A stretch of DNA of 64,000 bases from Candidatus Zixiibacteriota bacterium (GCA_040235515.1 JBECKX010000199.1:2964-66963); one strand, 5' to 3'; positions 48,859 to 59,499 are shown, counted from the stretch's first letter. Program-made: numbers and translations. The notes: generated by a model from the sequence alone, not told the origin.

Positions 48859-50280
48859 ATGGCCGACGCGAATAAATCTACCAAGGTCGTTGTAATCGGG
48901 GGAGGTCCCGGCGGATACGCCGCGGCGTTTAAGTGCGCTGACCTCGATATGGAAACAGTGCTGATCGACCCCGAAGAAAACCCCGGTGGCGTGTGCCTCT
49001 ACCGAGGATGTATCCCCTCGAAGGCGCTGCTTCATGTCGCCAAGCTGATCGATGAGTCGGCCGAAGCGAAAGATTGGGGTGTCAAGTTCAAGAAGCCGGA
49101 AGTCGATGTCGACAAACTGCGCGAGTGGAAGGCGGATGTCGTCAAGAAGTTGACCGGTGGGCTCGGTCAGCTCGCACGTGCACGCAAGGTTAAGCATGTC
49201 CGCGGCATGGCGAAGTTCCTTGATGCCCACACGCTGGAAGTGAGCCCCGCTGATGGCGACAAGTACCAGCTCACATTCGAGTACGCTATCCTCGCCAGCG
49301 GTTCACGTCCCGCTACGATCCCGGGAATCGATATCAAATCAGATCGACTCCTTGATTCCACCTCGGCGCTGGAGATCAAGGATGTGCCATCGTCGCTGCT
49401 CGTAGTCGGAGGCGGTTACATCGGTTTGGAGTTGGGTAGCGTCTATGCCAGCCTGGGCAGCAAGGTAACGGTTGTGGAGATGACTTCCGGGCTGCTGCCG
49501 GGAGCCGATCGTGACCTTGTCGCAGTACTGCAGAAGCGCCTCAAAGACAAATTCGAAGCGATCATGCTCAATACCAAGGTCACCGACATGAAAGAGCAGA
49601 AAAACGGTATCAAGGTGACGCTTGAGGGCAAGGATGTCGACAAACCGGAGCGCATCTTCGACAAAGTGCTGGTCTCTATCGGTCGCAAGCCGAACTCCGA
49701 GAATCTCGGTCTCAGTAAGACCGGTGTGCAGATAAATGATCGAGGTTTCGTCCGTGTTGATCTGCAGCGGCGCACCGCCGAACCGAGCATCTATGCGATC
49801 GGCGACGTGGCCGGCGAACCGATGCTGGCCCACAAGGCTACCCACGAGGGTATCCATGCCGCCGAAGCCATCGCAGGCCACAAGGTCACATTCGAGCCGA
49901 TGGCTATTCCCGCGGTCGTGTTCACTGATCCTGAAGTCGCATGGGCCGGGATTACCGAAACCCAGGCTAAGGAGCAGGGGCTCAACGTCAAAGTAACCAA
50001 ATACCCGTGGGCGGCATCAGGACGCGCACTCACACTGAGTCGCACCGATGGTGTTACCAAGTTCATCGTCGATAAGGACACCGAACGCATACTCGGCGTC
50101 GCGATCGTCGGAGTCGGCGCCGGTGAGTTGATTGCTGAAGGCACCCTCGCCATCGAAATGGGTGCCGTGGCACAGGATGTGGCATTGACCATCCATCCAC
50201 ACCCGACCACCAGCGAGACGATCATGGGTGCCGCAGAACTGATTTATGGTCCCGCCACTGACTACTACCGCAAGGGTTAG
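48859..50280 (+). CDS. lpdA: Dihydrolipoyl dehydrogenase E3 component.
   Basis: The FAD-binding site reads VVIGGGPGGYAAAF. The redox-active disulfide reads GGVCLYRGCIPSKALL. An NAD-binding GGGYIGLE motif and the C-terminal interface HPHPTTSE are present. Confidence 0.93.
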   Translation: MADANKSTKVVVIGGGPGGYAAAFKCADLDMETVLIDPEENPGGVCLYRGCIPSKALLHVAKLIDESAEAKDWGVKFKKPEVDVDKLREWKADVVKKLTGGLGQLARARKVKHVRGMAKFLDAHTLEVSPADGDKYQLTFEYAILASGSRPATIPGIDIKSDRLLDSTSALEIKDVPSSLLVVGGGYIGLELGSVYASLGSKVTVVEMTSGLLPGADRDLVAVLQKRLKDKFEAIMLNTKVTDMKEQKNGIKVTLEGKDVDKPERIFDKVLVSIGRKPNSENLGLSKTGVQINDRGFVRVDLQRRTAEPSIYAIGDVAGEPMLAHKATHEGIHAAEAIAGHKVTFEPMAIPAVVFTDPEVAWAGITETQAKEQGLNVKVTKYPWAASGRALTLSRTDGVTKFIVDKDTERILGVAIVGVGAGELIAEGTLAIEMGAVAQDVALTIHPHPTTSETIMGAAELIYGPATDYYRKG

Positions 50281-50290
50281 GTAGCAGGGG

Positions 50291-50668
50291 ATGACGGCGC
50301 GTCCGGTGCGCGACAAGGTCAGTCTGACTGAGAAGCTTTCGCTAATCAACAAGCACTGGACACCAAAGATAGTGGGCGAGCTTAACGGCCAGCACGTCAA
50401 GCTCGTCAAACTCAAAGGCGAGTTCGTCTGGCATGACCACAAAGATGCCGACGAGTTGTTCTTGGTTATCAAAGGGAACATTACAATTGAGCTGCGAAGT
50501 AGTAGCGTGGAATTGAATGAGGGAGAGTTCTTTATCGTCCCGCGCGGAGTCGAGCATCGCCCCATCGCCGAGCAAGAGGCTCATATATTGCTGTTTGAAC
50601 CGGCGGGAACTCTCAATACGGGCGCTACCGAATCAGACATGACCGCCCCGGATGGGGAGTGGATCTGA
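50291..50668 (+). CDS. Cupin-domain protein.
   Basis: The two cupin motifs are present (VWHDHKDADELFLVIKG ... FIVPRGVEHRP). The gene lies 10 nt after the lpdA stop. Confidence 0.65.
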   Translation: MTARPVRDKVSLTEKLSLINKHWTPKIVGELNGQHVKLVKLKGEFVWHDHKDADELFLVIKGNITIELRSSSVELNEGEFFIVPRGVEHRPIAEQEAHILLFEPAGTLNTGATESDMTAPDGEWI

Positions 50669-50704
50669 GGATCTGCGACTCCAAACAACCCGTAGCAAAT
50701 GAAA

Positions 50705-50745
50705 GTGGCGGCCTCTTTCGAAACCGCCACAGTTAGCCTGATTTT
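50705..50745 (+). terminator. Weak intrinsic terminator candidate after the pdh/cupin operon.
   Basis: A 7-bp stem (GTGGCGG pairing with CCGCCAC) encloses a 12-nt loop. A U-tract (auuuu) lies about 10 nt downstream. Confidence 0.3.
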
Positions 50746-51250
50746 GGCTGCCTTGCCCGAGCCCTGGCAGAAGGGATTCAGCCCTCTGAGAATCCACTTC
50801 ATATTCCGCTTCCGACAACGGCAGCACCGCCCTGATCTCCACCTACAGGCCCGGAAGTGAAGTCAAACAAAACCGGTGTTGCCGTTGCTGAAAGCGGTAT
50901 GATAAGCTCTTGAGAAGGCGTGTCATCGAACCGTAAGGTTACCGCTCCACGGAATCCACCGCCAAGCGGCTCAATTTACAATTCCGATCGCATTCGCCTC
51001 GTCCCTCTCAGACTTCAAACTCCGCCTTGTCCTGGCGTAGATGTCTATCATTTTAGAGGCCATAGTCTAAGACCTGACCGGCAGAAGAAACCTGCCCGGT
51101 AATACGGAAGTTTTCGCGGGCGGGCTTCTTCGCCCATCCCCCATCCCCTTTCTCGTACTTAATGAGTATCTGGAGGTTGTTTTGATACAAGAATCGTGTC
51201 AAATCGTGTCAGTTTGTCAAATAGCCGGGCGATTCTCTGCAAGAGTTTGC

Positions 51251-52504
51251 CTATTCGTAACGAAGAGCATTGATCGGATCGGTTCGAGACGCGCGCCAGG
51301 CCGGGTACATGCCGGCGATAATGCCGACCGCGGCAGAAACCACAACCCCGATAACAGCCCATTGTGGCGAGAGGTAGTACCGCCATTCCAGGATTGAGGT
51401 TATCGCCAGCCCGATCAACGCGCCGAAGATGATACCCATGATTCCGCCGAGTCCGGTCAGGGTAACCGCCTCCACGAGGAACTGGAAGAGGATATTGAAT
51501 TTCCTCGCCCCGATCGCCTTGCGTACTCCAATCTCGCGGGTTCGCTGTGTGACCGCCACCAGCATGATATTCATTACTCCGATAACGCCAACCAGTAGAG
51601 CGACTGACGCAATCCCCAGCGCTACCAGCGTGACGATACCGGTAATCTCGCCCATACGATTCTTGAAGCGATCCTGGGTCAGAAGACCAAAGTTGTTTTC
51701 TTCCTCCGGCCGCAGATGCCGTACGCGCCTGATCGCATTGGTCACCTGGTCCATTGCCTCACCGAAGGCTGCCCGCGAGACAGCGCTGCACATCAGTCGC
51801 ACCTGCTCTCGATTCGGGTAGAGCTTGTCGAATGTCGACATCGGAATGAAGATGTAGTCATTCTCGGAGATTCCGAAGAGATCGTCGATGCGTGCCTGCA
51901 CTCCGATTACCTCGAATTTATAGCCGTTGACCGTTATCTCGGCTCCCACTGCCTCTGCGCGATCGTAGAAGAGCGCGTCGGCGACTTCAGGTCCAATCAC
52001 GCAAACCATCGAACCGCGGCGCATATCGTTGTAGTCGATGAATCGTCCATGCTCTAGTTCGCGATTGGCCACGATCATCTGCGTCGGCCAGACGCCGCGA
52101 AAATCATCCGGGTTGCGAATCTCCTTGTTGCCATACTTCGCCACATTGTTGAACGCCCGCTTCTCGGGAGATACCGCCTTGATGAGCGGGCACATCTCCT
52201 GAATCGCGTACGCCTCCTCCATCGTGATATCCTTCCGGCGCCGTTGGGCTTCGGAGAGATTGTCGGGATCAGTACCGATCTCCCACTTGGTTACATAGAT
52301 CACGTTTGAACCGATCTTATCGATCGAGGATTCGACATATTCCTTGAAGCCATCCATGATCGTATTCACCAGTATCACCGCGCCGACACCCACCATTACC
52401 CCGATGATAGTCATCGCGCTACGAAACTTGTTCACCCGGATCGATTCGATCGCGAGTTTCATCCCCTCCACGATCTCAGGAACGAACCTGCGGAAATTAA
52501 TCAT
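51251..52504 (-). CDS. ABC transporter permease, FtsX/MacB-like (second of two).
   Basis: An N-terminal transmembrane helix is followed by a MacB-type periplasmic domain and three C-terminal FtsX transmembrane helices. The start overlaps the upstream permease (ATGATTAA). Confidence 0.8.
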   Translation of the reverse strand: MINFRRFVPEIVEGMKLAIESIRVNKFRSAMTIIGVMVGVGAVILVNTIMDGFKEYVESSIDKIGSNVIYVTKWEIGTDPDNLSEAQRRRKDITMEEAYAIQEMCPLIKAVSPEKRAFNNVAKYGNKEIRNPDDFRGVWPTQMIVANRELEHGRFIDYNDMRRGSMVCVIGPEVADALFYDRAEAVGAEITVNGYKFEVIGVQARIDDLFGISENDYIFIPMSTFDKLYPNREQVRLMCSAVSRAAFGEAMDQVTNAIRRVRHLRPEEENNFGLLTQDRFKNRMGEITGIVTLVALGIASVALLVGVIGVMNIMLVAVTQRTREIGVRKAIGARKFNILFQFLVEAVTLTGLGGIMGIIFGALIGLAITSILEWRYYLSPQWAVIGVVVSAAVGIIAGMYPAWRASRTDPINALRYE

Positions 52505-53729
52505 AGCTCAGCGCCTTGATCGGGTCATACTTGGCTGCTTTCATAGCGGGATAGATCCCGAAGAAGAGTCCGACAGCGGTGCTGATGCCGACTCCCAGAG
52601 TGATAGCCATCGTTGTCGGACTGGCGTTGATATCCATTAGGTTCACCAATACTGTTCGTCCCAATATTGCCCCGAAGAGGATGCCGAGCGCACCTCCCAC
52701 AAGAGAGATCACCAGCGATTCGTACAGAAACTGGACCAGTATATGGCGACGCTTCGCTCCAAGCGACTTGCGGATGCCGATCTCACGGGTGCGCTCCGTG
52801 ACGGAAATCATCATGATGTTCATGATCACTATCCCACCGATGACAATCGATAGCAGTGGCAGGGTTATCAGGACCGCGCGAAAGCCTGCTGTGATGCTGT
52901 TGACCGCAGACAGAATCGCTTCTGGAGTGAGTAGCGTGAAGTCATCCTCTTCTTCATAGTCGAGGTGACGTGCAGATCGAAGGGCCACCCGCACCTGGTC
53001 CATCGCTGCTTCCCGCCTCTCTGAGGATGCCGCACTGACCAGGAGGTTAACCGGATTTCCCGGCTGCGGATAGAGTTTTTGCAGGGTCGAGAGTGGCATG
53101 ACCACGAAGCTGTCCATATCCTCGCCCACGAGGCCGCCCACCTCCTCGGCAACCCCGATCACCACGAATTCGTTGCGACCGATGCGGATTTTCTTCCCGA
53201 CCGGATCGATTGCGGTGCCTTCGCCAAAAAGCTTTTCGTATGCCCGAAAGCCGAGAAATGCCACCTGCGACTTGCGACGATCATCTTCCCACGAAATGTA
53301 ACGACCGATCTTGACATCGAGGTCGCGCATCGCCATCACGTTGGGTGTTTGACCATCGATCTCCAGCGTGCGCAGCGTCGTTCCTTCATACCGCACCGGA
53401 TCCGAGGCATACCCCTCGGCACCTACATACTTGCAATCAGGACAGCCATCCTCAATCAGAGGGATCAGGCCACGCGTGAGCTTCTTTCGTTTCATGCGGC
53501 GCAGGTACTCGTCCATCGACATGTTGATTCCGAAGCGCGTAACGATGAAGGTGTTCGAGCCAAGCGACTCGATAGCATCTTCAATGTTGTGCTGCATCCC
53601 TTCTACCGATGAGACGATGGCAATCACGGATGTGACTCCCATTACCATGCCGAGAATTGTAAGGAATGAGCGTAAGCGGTTGGCCCAGATCGCGGCCAGC
53701 GCTTCCTTGATGAGGATCAGAACGACCAT
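52497..53729 (-). CDS. ABC transporter permease, FtsX/MacB-like (first of two).
   Basis: Same architecture as its paralog at 51251-52504. There is no fused or adjacent ATPase. Confidence 0.8.
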   Translation of the reverse strand: MVVLILIKEALAAIWANRLRSFLTILGMVMGVTSVIAIVSSVEGMQHNIEDAIESLGSNTFIVTRFGINMSMDEYLRRMKRKKLTRGLIPLIEDGCPDCKYVGAEGYASDPVRYEGTTLRTLEIDGQTPNVMAMRDLDVKIGRYISWEDDRRKSQVAFLGFRAYEKLFGEGTAIDPVGKKIRIGRNEFVVIGVAEEVGGLVGEDMDSFVVMPLSTLQKLYPQPGNPVNLLVSAASSERREAAMDQVRVALRSARHLDYEEEDDFTLLTPEAILSAVNSITAGFRAVLITLPLLSIVIGGIVIMNIMMISVTERTREIGIRKSLGAKRRHILVQFLYESLVISLVGGALGILFGAILGRTVLVNLMDINASPTTMAITLGVGISTAVGLFFGIYPAMKAAKYDPIKALSYD

Positions 53730-53751
53730 AGCGGTTTGGGTCCTCGGTTCG

Positions 53752-55071
53752 TTACTCTTGTTCGTTCATCCGCTCGATCGAGCGTGAGTCAATTTTGACG
53801 GTTTCACCCGGCTCCAGTTGACGCAGAGTCTGGTAAGAACCCGATATGATTGTATCACCCGGAGCGACTCCGTTGAGCGCCACAATGTTGCGCTCATCCG
53901 CAATCCCGGTCGCGAGTTCCACAAACTTCGCCTTGCCGCCCGAGATAACGAACACTCCCGACTTCTTGATCTTTTCCTTGCTCCCCTTCGCTTTCGCTTC
54001 CGTCACATCCCCCTGAGCTGCATTGGCACTCTGCACCAGCCCACTGCCGGAATCCTCATTCGGCTTCTGATTCTTGAGTGAGTCGGCATCGAATTCTCGC
54101 GTCACCAGCGCAGCATACGGGATCAGGAGCGCATCCTTGGCCGTGGCGGTTGTGATGTCAACCGTGGCCGACATCCCGGGCCGGAAGACGTAGTCGGTCT
54201 CTTCAAAGCGAACCTTCACCCGGAAACTGGTGGCGTAGTTCTCCGTACCCTGGCCCTGCACCAGCGCCGAGTTGCCGATCTCCACGACGTGCCCGACGAA
54301 TGCGGTGTCGCGATAAGCATCAACCCGGATTCTGGCGTCCTGCCCGAGCAGAACCTTGCCGATCTCGGTTTCATCAACATCAACCTCAACTTCAAAGACC
54401 GATAGATCTGCGATCGTCATCAGCGTGCGACCCTGCGTGAACGCCGTCTGTGCCTGGGCAATCTCACCAACTTCCGCATTCAGAAATGTGATCACACCGG
54501 GCATCGGGGCTTTGATACTGGTTTTGGTGAGATTGTCCGCAGCCTTCTCGAGGATCGCCCGGGAGGTCTCCACCTGAGCCAGCATCGCGTTATAGTTCGC
54601 TTTCGCATTCTCAAAGCGGAGCCGCGCATTGGTGGCATCCGTTTCAGAGGCCAGGTCCTGGGCGAAGAGGCGTTGCTGACGCGCGGCCTCGAGGCTGTCA
54701 ATCTCCAGTTGTGTGCGGGCTGCTTCGGCGCGCGCAGTCACTTCATCCAGGCTGAAGCGAGCCTGTGATACGTCAGATTGCAGCTGGATCGTATCAAGCA
54801 CTATCAATCGCTGACCCGCCTCAACTCGATCCCCTTCCTTGGCGAGCAGGGCAATGATCTGAGCCGAAACTTCTGATGTGATATCAACTTGCGTCTGAGG
54901 CTGGATGCGTCCCGATGCGGTAACTATCTCCTTGATGTCATCCTTGAAGGCAAGATCCGCCTGCACCGAGGTTGACTTGTCGGAATCGCCCGACAGAATC
55001 GTTCCGGCGACCGCAACGATAACGACAACCGCAATTGCAAGCAGTAGCAGTTTCTTGGTTCGCTTCTTCAT
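53752..55071 (-). CDS. Efflux transporter periplasmic adaptor subunit (MacA/HlyD family).
   Basis: An N-terminal transmembrane anchor is followed by a long coiled-coil hairpin (AEAARTQLEIDSLEAARQQ...) and C-terminal beta-barrel blocks. Confidence 0.8.
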   Translation of the reverse strand: MKKRTKKLLLLAIAVVVIVAVAGTILSGDSDKSTSVQADLAFKDDIKEIVTASGRIQPQTQVDITSEVSAQIIALLAKEGDRVEAGQRLIVLDTIQLQSDVSQARFSLDEVTARAEAARTQLEIDSLEAARQQRLFAQDLASETDATNARLRFENAKANYNAMLAQVETSRAILEKAADNLTKTSIKAPMPGVITFLNAEVGEIAQAQTAFTQGRTLMTIADLSVFEVEVDVDETEIGKVLLGQDARIRVDAYRDTAFVGHVVEIGNSALVQGQGTENYATSFRVKVRFEETDYVFRPGMSATVDITTATAKDALLIPYAALVTREFDADSLKNQKPNEDSGSGLVQSANAAQGDVTEAKAKGSKEKIKKSGVFVISGGKAKFVELATGIADERNIVALNGVAPGDTIISGSYQTLRQLEPGETVKIDSRSIERMNEQE

Positions 55072-55408
55072 GAGGGTTAAGACTCCCGATATGTTTAACT
55101 GAATAGTGCCAGTTGAGTCGAACTCCGGGAACAGCGCAAATACTCCACCCTGTGCCCGAACAACAGCTTAGACTGGTAATCCCGTGATGTTGTTTCAGCA
55201 CCGAATGAAAAAAAACGGAGTTGACCGACCCGCAGCAAAACTGGTTCAAGCCCTGAAGTCACACTAGCCAGATCGAGGGTTAGTACGTCTAATAGTTCGC
55301 CGATAGCACAGCGAATTCGACATTGCCCCCCCTTTGCTCTTGATCTCGGATGGAAGTGTCGATAAATTGAGAACAGGGAACAGGAACTACTAAACGGGAG
55401 CCAATATC

Positions 55409-56464
55409 ATGCGCTATCAGAAGTTAATAGGCATGGGCGCACCTTTCGTTGCTGCAATTCTTGCCGTGGCACTCCTTCTCAACGCCTGCGGAGATTCCTC
55501 TACCCAGGCTGTGGATCCCGACAACGAGATCCCCGCAGATGTGATGCAAATCGCTCAGAAACATTCGATGCCGTTTGCTCCTGTCGAAGGTGGAATCAGC
55601 AAGTTTATTCCTTCCAATACGATTTATGATCCACCCTATACCAACTATGCGCTTTATGCGGTGACATTGTTGTGGGGCGATCTGACAAACTCCTCAACCC
55701 TCCCGGTCCTGTACGATTGGTCGGGCAACGTGAGCATCAATGGGGTGTCGACGATCGACGTGGTCTACGAGATCGATTTCGAACCGGGTGAGGATTCGGT
55801 GCTTGCTGTCAATGCAAGCTCCATGGCCGCCTGGGTCTCGCAGGCTGGTGACCTGGATGGTTTGAGTTTCCTGATCTATCTTGACAGTGACATTACCTAC
55901 ATCACCGCGCCGTGGTTGTCGGTCAATACCGAGCAGATCGACCTGGAACTGCAATTCTGGGAGCTTGATGATTTTGCCAGGATCTACCACGTGAACAATA
56001 TGCAGGCGCTGGTTGTGGTTGCCAGAAGGATTTGGACCAATGAATGTCCGGCGGGCACGATGTTGGGGGAATGGATACGCGATGATATCTCGGGTCAGTC
56101 GGGCAATATGAGTGGCGTCTGGTATGAGTCAAATAATGACCCGGCCGGCCTTTACGTCGGAACTTTCGAGATGTCGAACTCCGGGGCCGGTAGCTTCGAG
56201 GGGTCGGTGTCAGGATACGTCACCGATGAAGTTATCTACCTGTTCAACGGCAAGTGGTTCTTCGATGATCCGCGCCTCTGCCCGCTGTGCGGTACCGGAC
56301 ACGGTAAGTTTCAGGGCGTGTTTTACGATATGAACAGCAATGTTGCCGGTGTTATGAGAGGCGAGTTCGGCTACGCCGCCGACGTAAACGACAATCACCT
56401 GCCAATGCAGGGCACCTGGCGCCAGTTCTGCCCGAAGGTTGGCATGGAGGGCGCAGCTCAGTAG
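55409..56464 (+). CDS. Hypothetical lipoprotein.
   Basis: A signal peptide with the lipobox LLNACGDS is present. I recognised no domain. Confidence 0.45.
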   Translation: MRYQKLIGMGAPFVAAILAVALLLNACGDSSTQAVDPDNEIPADVMQIAQKHSMPFAPVEGGISKFIPSNTIYDPPYTNYALYAVTLLWGDLTNSSTLPVLYDWSGNVSINGVSTIDVVYEIDFEPGEDSVLAVNASSMAAWVSQAGDLDGLSFLIYLDSDITYITAPWLSVNTEQIDLELQFWELDDFARIYHVNNMQALVVVARRIWTNECPAGTMLGEWIRDDISGQSGNMSGVWYESNNDPAGLYVGTFEMSNSGAGSFEGSVSGYVTDEVIYLFNGKWFFDDPRLCPLCGTGHGKFQGVFYDMNSNVAGVMRGEFGYAADVNDNHLPMQGTWRQFCPKVGMEGAAQ

Positions 56465-56502
56465 CTTCAGGCAACTCATTCACGATTTCTTACTGACTAG
56501 TT

Positions 56503-56533
56503 GGGCCGGGATAAAATCCGGCCCTTTTGCTTT
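56503..56533 (+). terminator. Intrinsic terminator.
   Basis: A GGGCCGG / CCGGCCC 7-bp GC stem encloses a loop of about 9 nt and is followed by UUUUGCUUU. It lies 40 nt after the lipoprotein gene stop. Confidence 0.6.
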
Positions 56534-56728
56534 GAGCGAACCAGTGATATTTCTTTCGGATAGACCTGTCTTGATTGCCTTTCGCCAACCTTCCACGTAC
56601 CTTGGTGGCGGAAGATTTCAGAGATTCAGTTGCAGCCTCGGCTTAGAACTGATTGGCGACAAGATCACAGACGACAGCATCACTGACGATAGGGAAACCG
56701 ACAACGGAGTCATTGCCAACCGAGCGCA

Positions 56729-57694
56729 GTGAGTGACCCAAGGACTACCGTGCCCGACAGCTTCATCGAATCGAAAGACACCCCCGCTCCTGACAGCAAA
56801 GATAGCCGCACGCGGAGTGGGTATCTCCTCGGCACCGGTTCTGCCCTGGCTTCCGGCACGGCTGTGGTTGTGGGTAAGTGGAATCTGCTCGCGATTTCCC
56901 CCATCCTGATGAACAGCCTGATCTTCTCGATTGCCTCGTCGATTCTGCTGGTTGCCGCCGCCCTGCGCGGAGGATTTGGCAAGCTGCGCAATCTCAGCAA
57001 ACCCGGCTGGTTCTGGTTGGGGGTTTTCTCGCTGACTTCGACCCTTTCGGTGTTCGCCCATTGGGCGGGGGTTCAGAAGATGGAACCTTCGCTGGCAGCT
57101 TTTCTCACCCGTGCCGAAGTCCCCGTTGCAATTACATGCGGGGTCATTTTCCTCGGCGAACGTTTCACCAAGATCGAGACAATCGGTGCGCTTCTCTCCA
57201 TCCTCGGTATTGTCGTAATGCGCATGACTCTCCGCGTGGAGTTCATGACAGGTTTCTGGTATGTCCTTTTTGGATCGCTGCTGTTCGGATTTGCCGAGTT
57301 TGCTTCCAAGCTCGCTCTGATGCACCTTGAACCCCTCACCCTGGTGGCCGTGCGCAATACACTGATGTGTGGCATCTACTGGAGTGTCTGGTATGCAACT
57401 GGAGCAAGTTTCGACGGTCTGGAGACGGTCTGGCTGGGAGTGATCGCACTCGGATTCCTTGGACCACTTGCCACCAGGTACACCTACGTACTGGCACTCG
57501 ACCGCATGCCGCTTTCGAAGCTGGCGGTGATTTCTCAACTCCAGCCGGTGTTTGTGGTGGTGATTGCGCTCTTCGTATTTGGACAGCTGCCCACTTTCAG
57601 GGAGTACCTGGGGGCGATCCTGATTTCATCCGGGGTGATGATTCTGGTCATCGGACGCTACCGGCACAGGCTCTCGCGCAACCACGCCGGCTAA
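56729..57694 (+). CDS. DMT-superfamily transporter (two EamA domains).
   Basis: The protein has 10 transmembrane helices in the duplicated 5+5 EamA pattern. The N-terminal motif is GYLLGTGSALASG. Confidence 0.7.
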   Translation: MSDPRTTVPDSFIESKDTPAPDSKDSRTRSGYLLGTGSALASGTAVVVGKWNLLAISPILMNSLIFSIASSILLVAAALRGGFGKLRNLSKPGWFWLGVFSLTSTLSVFAHWAGVQKMEPSLAAFLTRAEVPVAITCGVIFLGERFTKIETIGALLSILGIVVMRMTLRVEFMTGFWYVLFGSLLFGFAEFASKLALMHLEPLTLVAVRNTLMCGIYWSVWYATGASFDGLETVWLGVIALGFLGPLATRYTYVLALDRMPLSKLAVISQLQPVFVVVIALFVFGQLPTFREYLGAILISSGVMILVIGRYRHRLSRNHAG

Positions 57695-57756
57695 TCGATT
57701 CTTACAGCATTCTCCCTTGCTGAAACTGTTTCAACAATGCAGGTTCAGGACTGGCT

Positions 57757-58836
57757 ATGCGAGACAATATACCATCCTTCACGCGATCGCGGCCGATGCG
57801 AATCTTGTTGATGCTGGCGGCCTTCGTGATCGTGATCGCCGGAATGCGGGCGGCTGAAGCGATTCTCGTTCCCTTCCTACTTTCTACGTTCATTGCCGTC
57901 ATCGCATCCGCGCCCCTGATCTGGTTGCAGCGAAGAGGTATCCCAACCCTGGTTGCGCTTCTGATCGTCGTCCTGGTGATCGCGATCTTCATGGTTCTCT
58001 TCGGGGCGGTAATCGGACAATCGATCAACAGCTTCACCGAAAACCTACCCACCTACCAGAAACGACTCCAGGCGCAGATGAATGATGTGCAGGTGTGGCT
58101 GGAGAGTCGGGGAATTCGCTGGACCGAAACACCACTGCGAGACTACCTCAACGTCGGTGCCGTGATGCGCGTGGTGGGGAATACTCTTACGGGCCTGGGC
58201 GGATTGGTAACGAATGGTTTCCTGATTACCCTGACTATCGTATTCCTGCTCCTCGAAGCGTCGAGCTTCCCGCAGAAATTCCGCTACGCCTTTGGCAGGG
58301 CCCCCGAAGAATTTTCTGAGCTGCAGCAGTTTACTTCCAATGTTCGCCGCTACATTGCGATCAAGGCTCTGATCAGCCTCGGTACAGGATTGATCATCGC
58401 GATATTCCTGGCAATAGTGGGGTTGGATTATCCACTCCTGTGGGGGATGCTGGCGTTTCTTCTCAACTTCATCCCCAACATCGGTTCGATACTCGCGGCG
58501 ATTCCGCCGATCCTGCTGGCAATCGTCCAGACCGGTCCGACGCAGGCGATCGTCGTTGCGATCGGCTACCTGGTGGTCAACCTCAGCATCGGCAACATCA
58601 TCGAACCGCGTTTCATGGGCAAAGGGCTCGGGCTTTCCACGCTGGTCGTGTTTATCTCCTTGGTCTTCTGGGGTTGGGTTCTGGGTCCGGTGGGGATGCT
58701 CCTTGCGGTCCCACTGACGATGACAGTCAAGATCGCGCTGAGCGCCTCAGAAGAGACCCGCTGGCTGGCCATTTTGCTCGGCTCCCGCTCATCGGCTGAG
58801 ATGGAAGCCCGTTCCGACACAGCATCAGACACCTAA
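57757..58836 (+). CDS. AI-2E family transporter (PerM/YhhT-like).
   Basis: The protein has 8 transmembrane helices. AI-2E conserved segments include LLNFIPNIGSILAAIPPILLAIVQ. Confidence 0.8.
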   Translation: MRDNIPSFTRSRPMRILLMLAAFVIVIAGMRAAEAILVPFLLSTFIAVIASAPLIWLQRRGIPTLVALLIVVLVIAIFMVLFGAVIGQSINSFTENLPTYQKRLQAQMNDVQVWLESRGIRWTETPLRDYLNVGAVMRVVGNTLTGLGGLVTNGFLITLTIVFLLLEASSFPQKFRYAFGRAPEEFSELQQFTSNVRRYIAIKALISLGTGLIIAIFLAIVGLDYPLLWGMLAFLLNFIPNIGSILAAIPPILLAIVQTGPTQAIVVAIGYLVVNLSIGNIIEPRFMGKGLGLSTLVVFISLVFWGWVLGPVGMLLAVPLTMTVKIALSASEETRWLAILLGSRSSAEMEARSDTASDT

Positions 58837-59004
58837 GCCTTACAGTCCTAACCGATTATGCCGCTGCGACGGCGTTGAGCGCCGTTAGAAAAACGTTATA
58901 ACTTCCCGGGAAACAGATGCTGCCGGTTCACGTTCTACTTGATAACAGAACATGATCGCGATCAGAAGAATCAATCCTCGCGGTAAAAACCAAACCGGAT
59001 CGAG

Positions 59005-59499
59005 ATGGAGAACAAGCAGATGATTGAAGTAGCAACTTTCGGCGCAGGCTGTTTTTGGGGAGTAGAGTCGGCATTCAGACAACTCGCAGGCGTGGTGGCA
59101 ACCACAGTCGGATTCATGGGAGGACATGTCGAGAATCCGTCGTATCAGCAGGTTTGCACTCATGAGACAGGTCATGTAGAAGTTGTCCAGGTCGAGTTCG
59201 ACACCGAGAAGGTGTCGTACGAAGAGCTGCTGGACGCCTTCTGGGAGTGCCACGATCCGACTCAGGTGAATCGCCAGGGCTGGGATATTGGGGATCAGTA
59301 TCGCAGCGTGATTTTCTTCCATACACCCAGACAGAAGGAGCTGGCTACCAGGTCGAAGGCGGAACTGACGGCTTCCGGCAAGTATAAGAAACCGATTGCC
59401 ACGTCCATCGAGCCTGCACAGGAGTTTTACAAGGCGGAGGAGTATCACCAGCAGTACTACGAGAAGAAGGGGATTGCTCCGGCCTGCAACGTCAAGTGA
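59005..59499 (+). CDS. msrA: Peptide-methionine (S)-S-oxide reductase.
   Basis: The GAGCFWGVE active-site motif and full-length MsrA similarity are present. Confidence 0.93.
   Translation: MENKQMIEVATFGAGCFWGVESAFRQLAGVVATTVGFMGGHVENPSYQQVCTHETGHVEVVQVEFDTEKVSYEELLDAFWECHDPTQVNRQGWDIGDQYRSVIFFHTPRQKELATRSKAELTASGKYKKPIATSIEPAQEFYKAEEYHQQYYEKKGIAPACNVK

Noticed and set aside
51192-51222. The tandem 10-mer considered as a CRISPR-like array.
   Set aside because: Only 2-3 short copies are present with no spacers and no cas genes. It is not a CRISPR array and is kept only as a repeat finding.
58868-58892. Hairpin ACGGCG-ttgag-CGCCGT downstream of the AI-2E gene as a terminator.
   Set aside because: It is followed by an A-run on the plus strand, and the T-run precedes it on the minus strand. 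It is therefore not an intrinsic terminator in either orientation.
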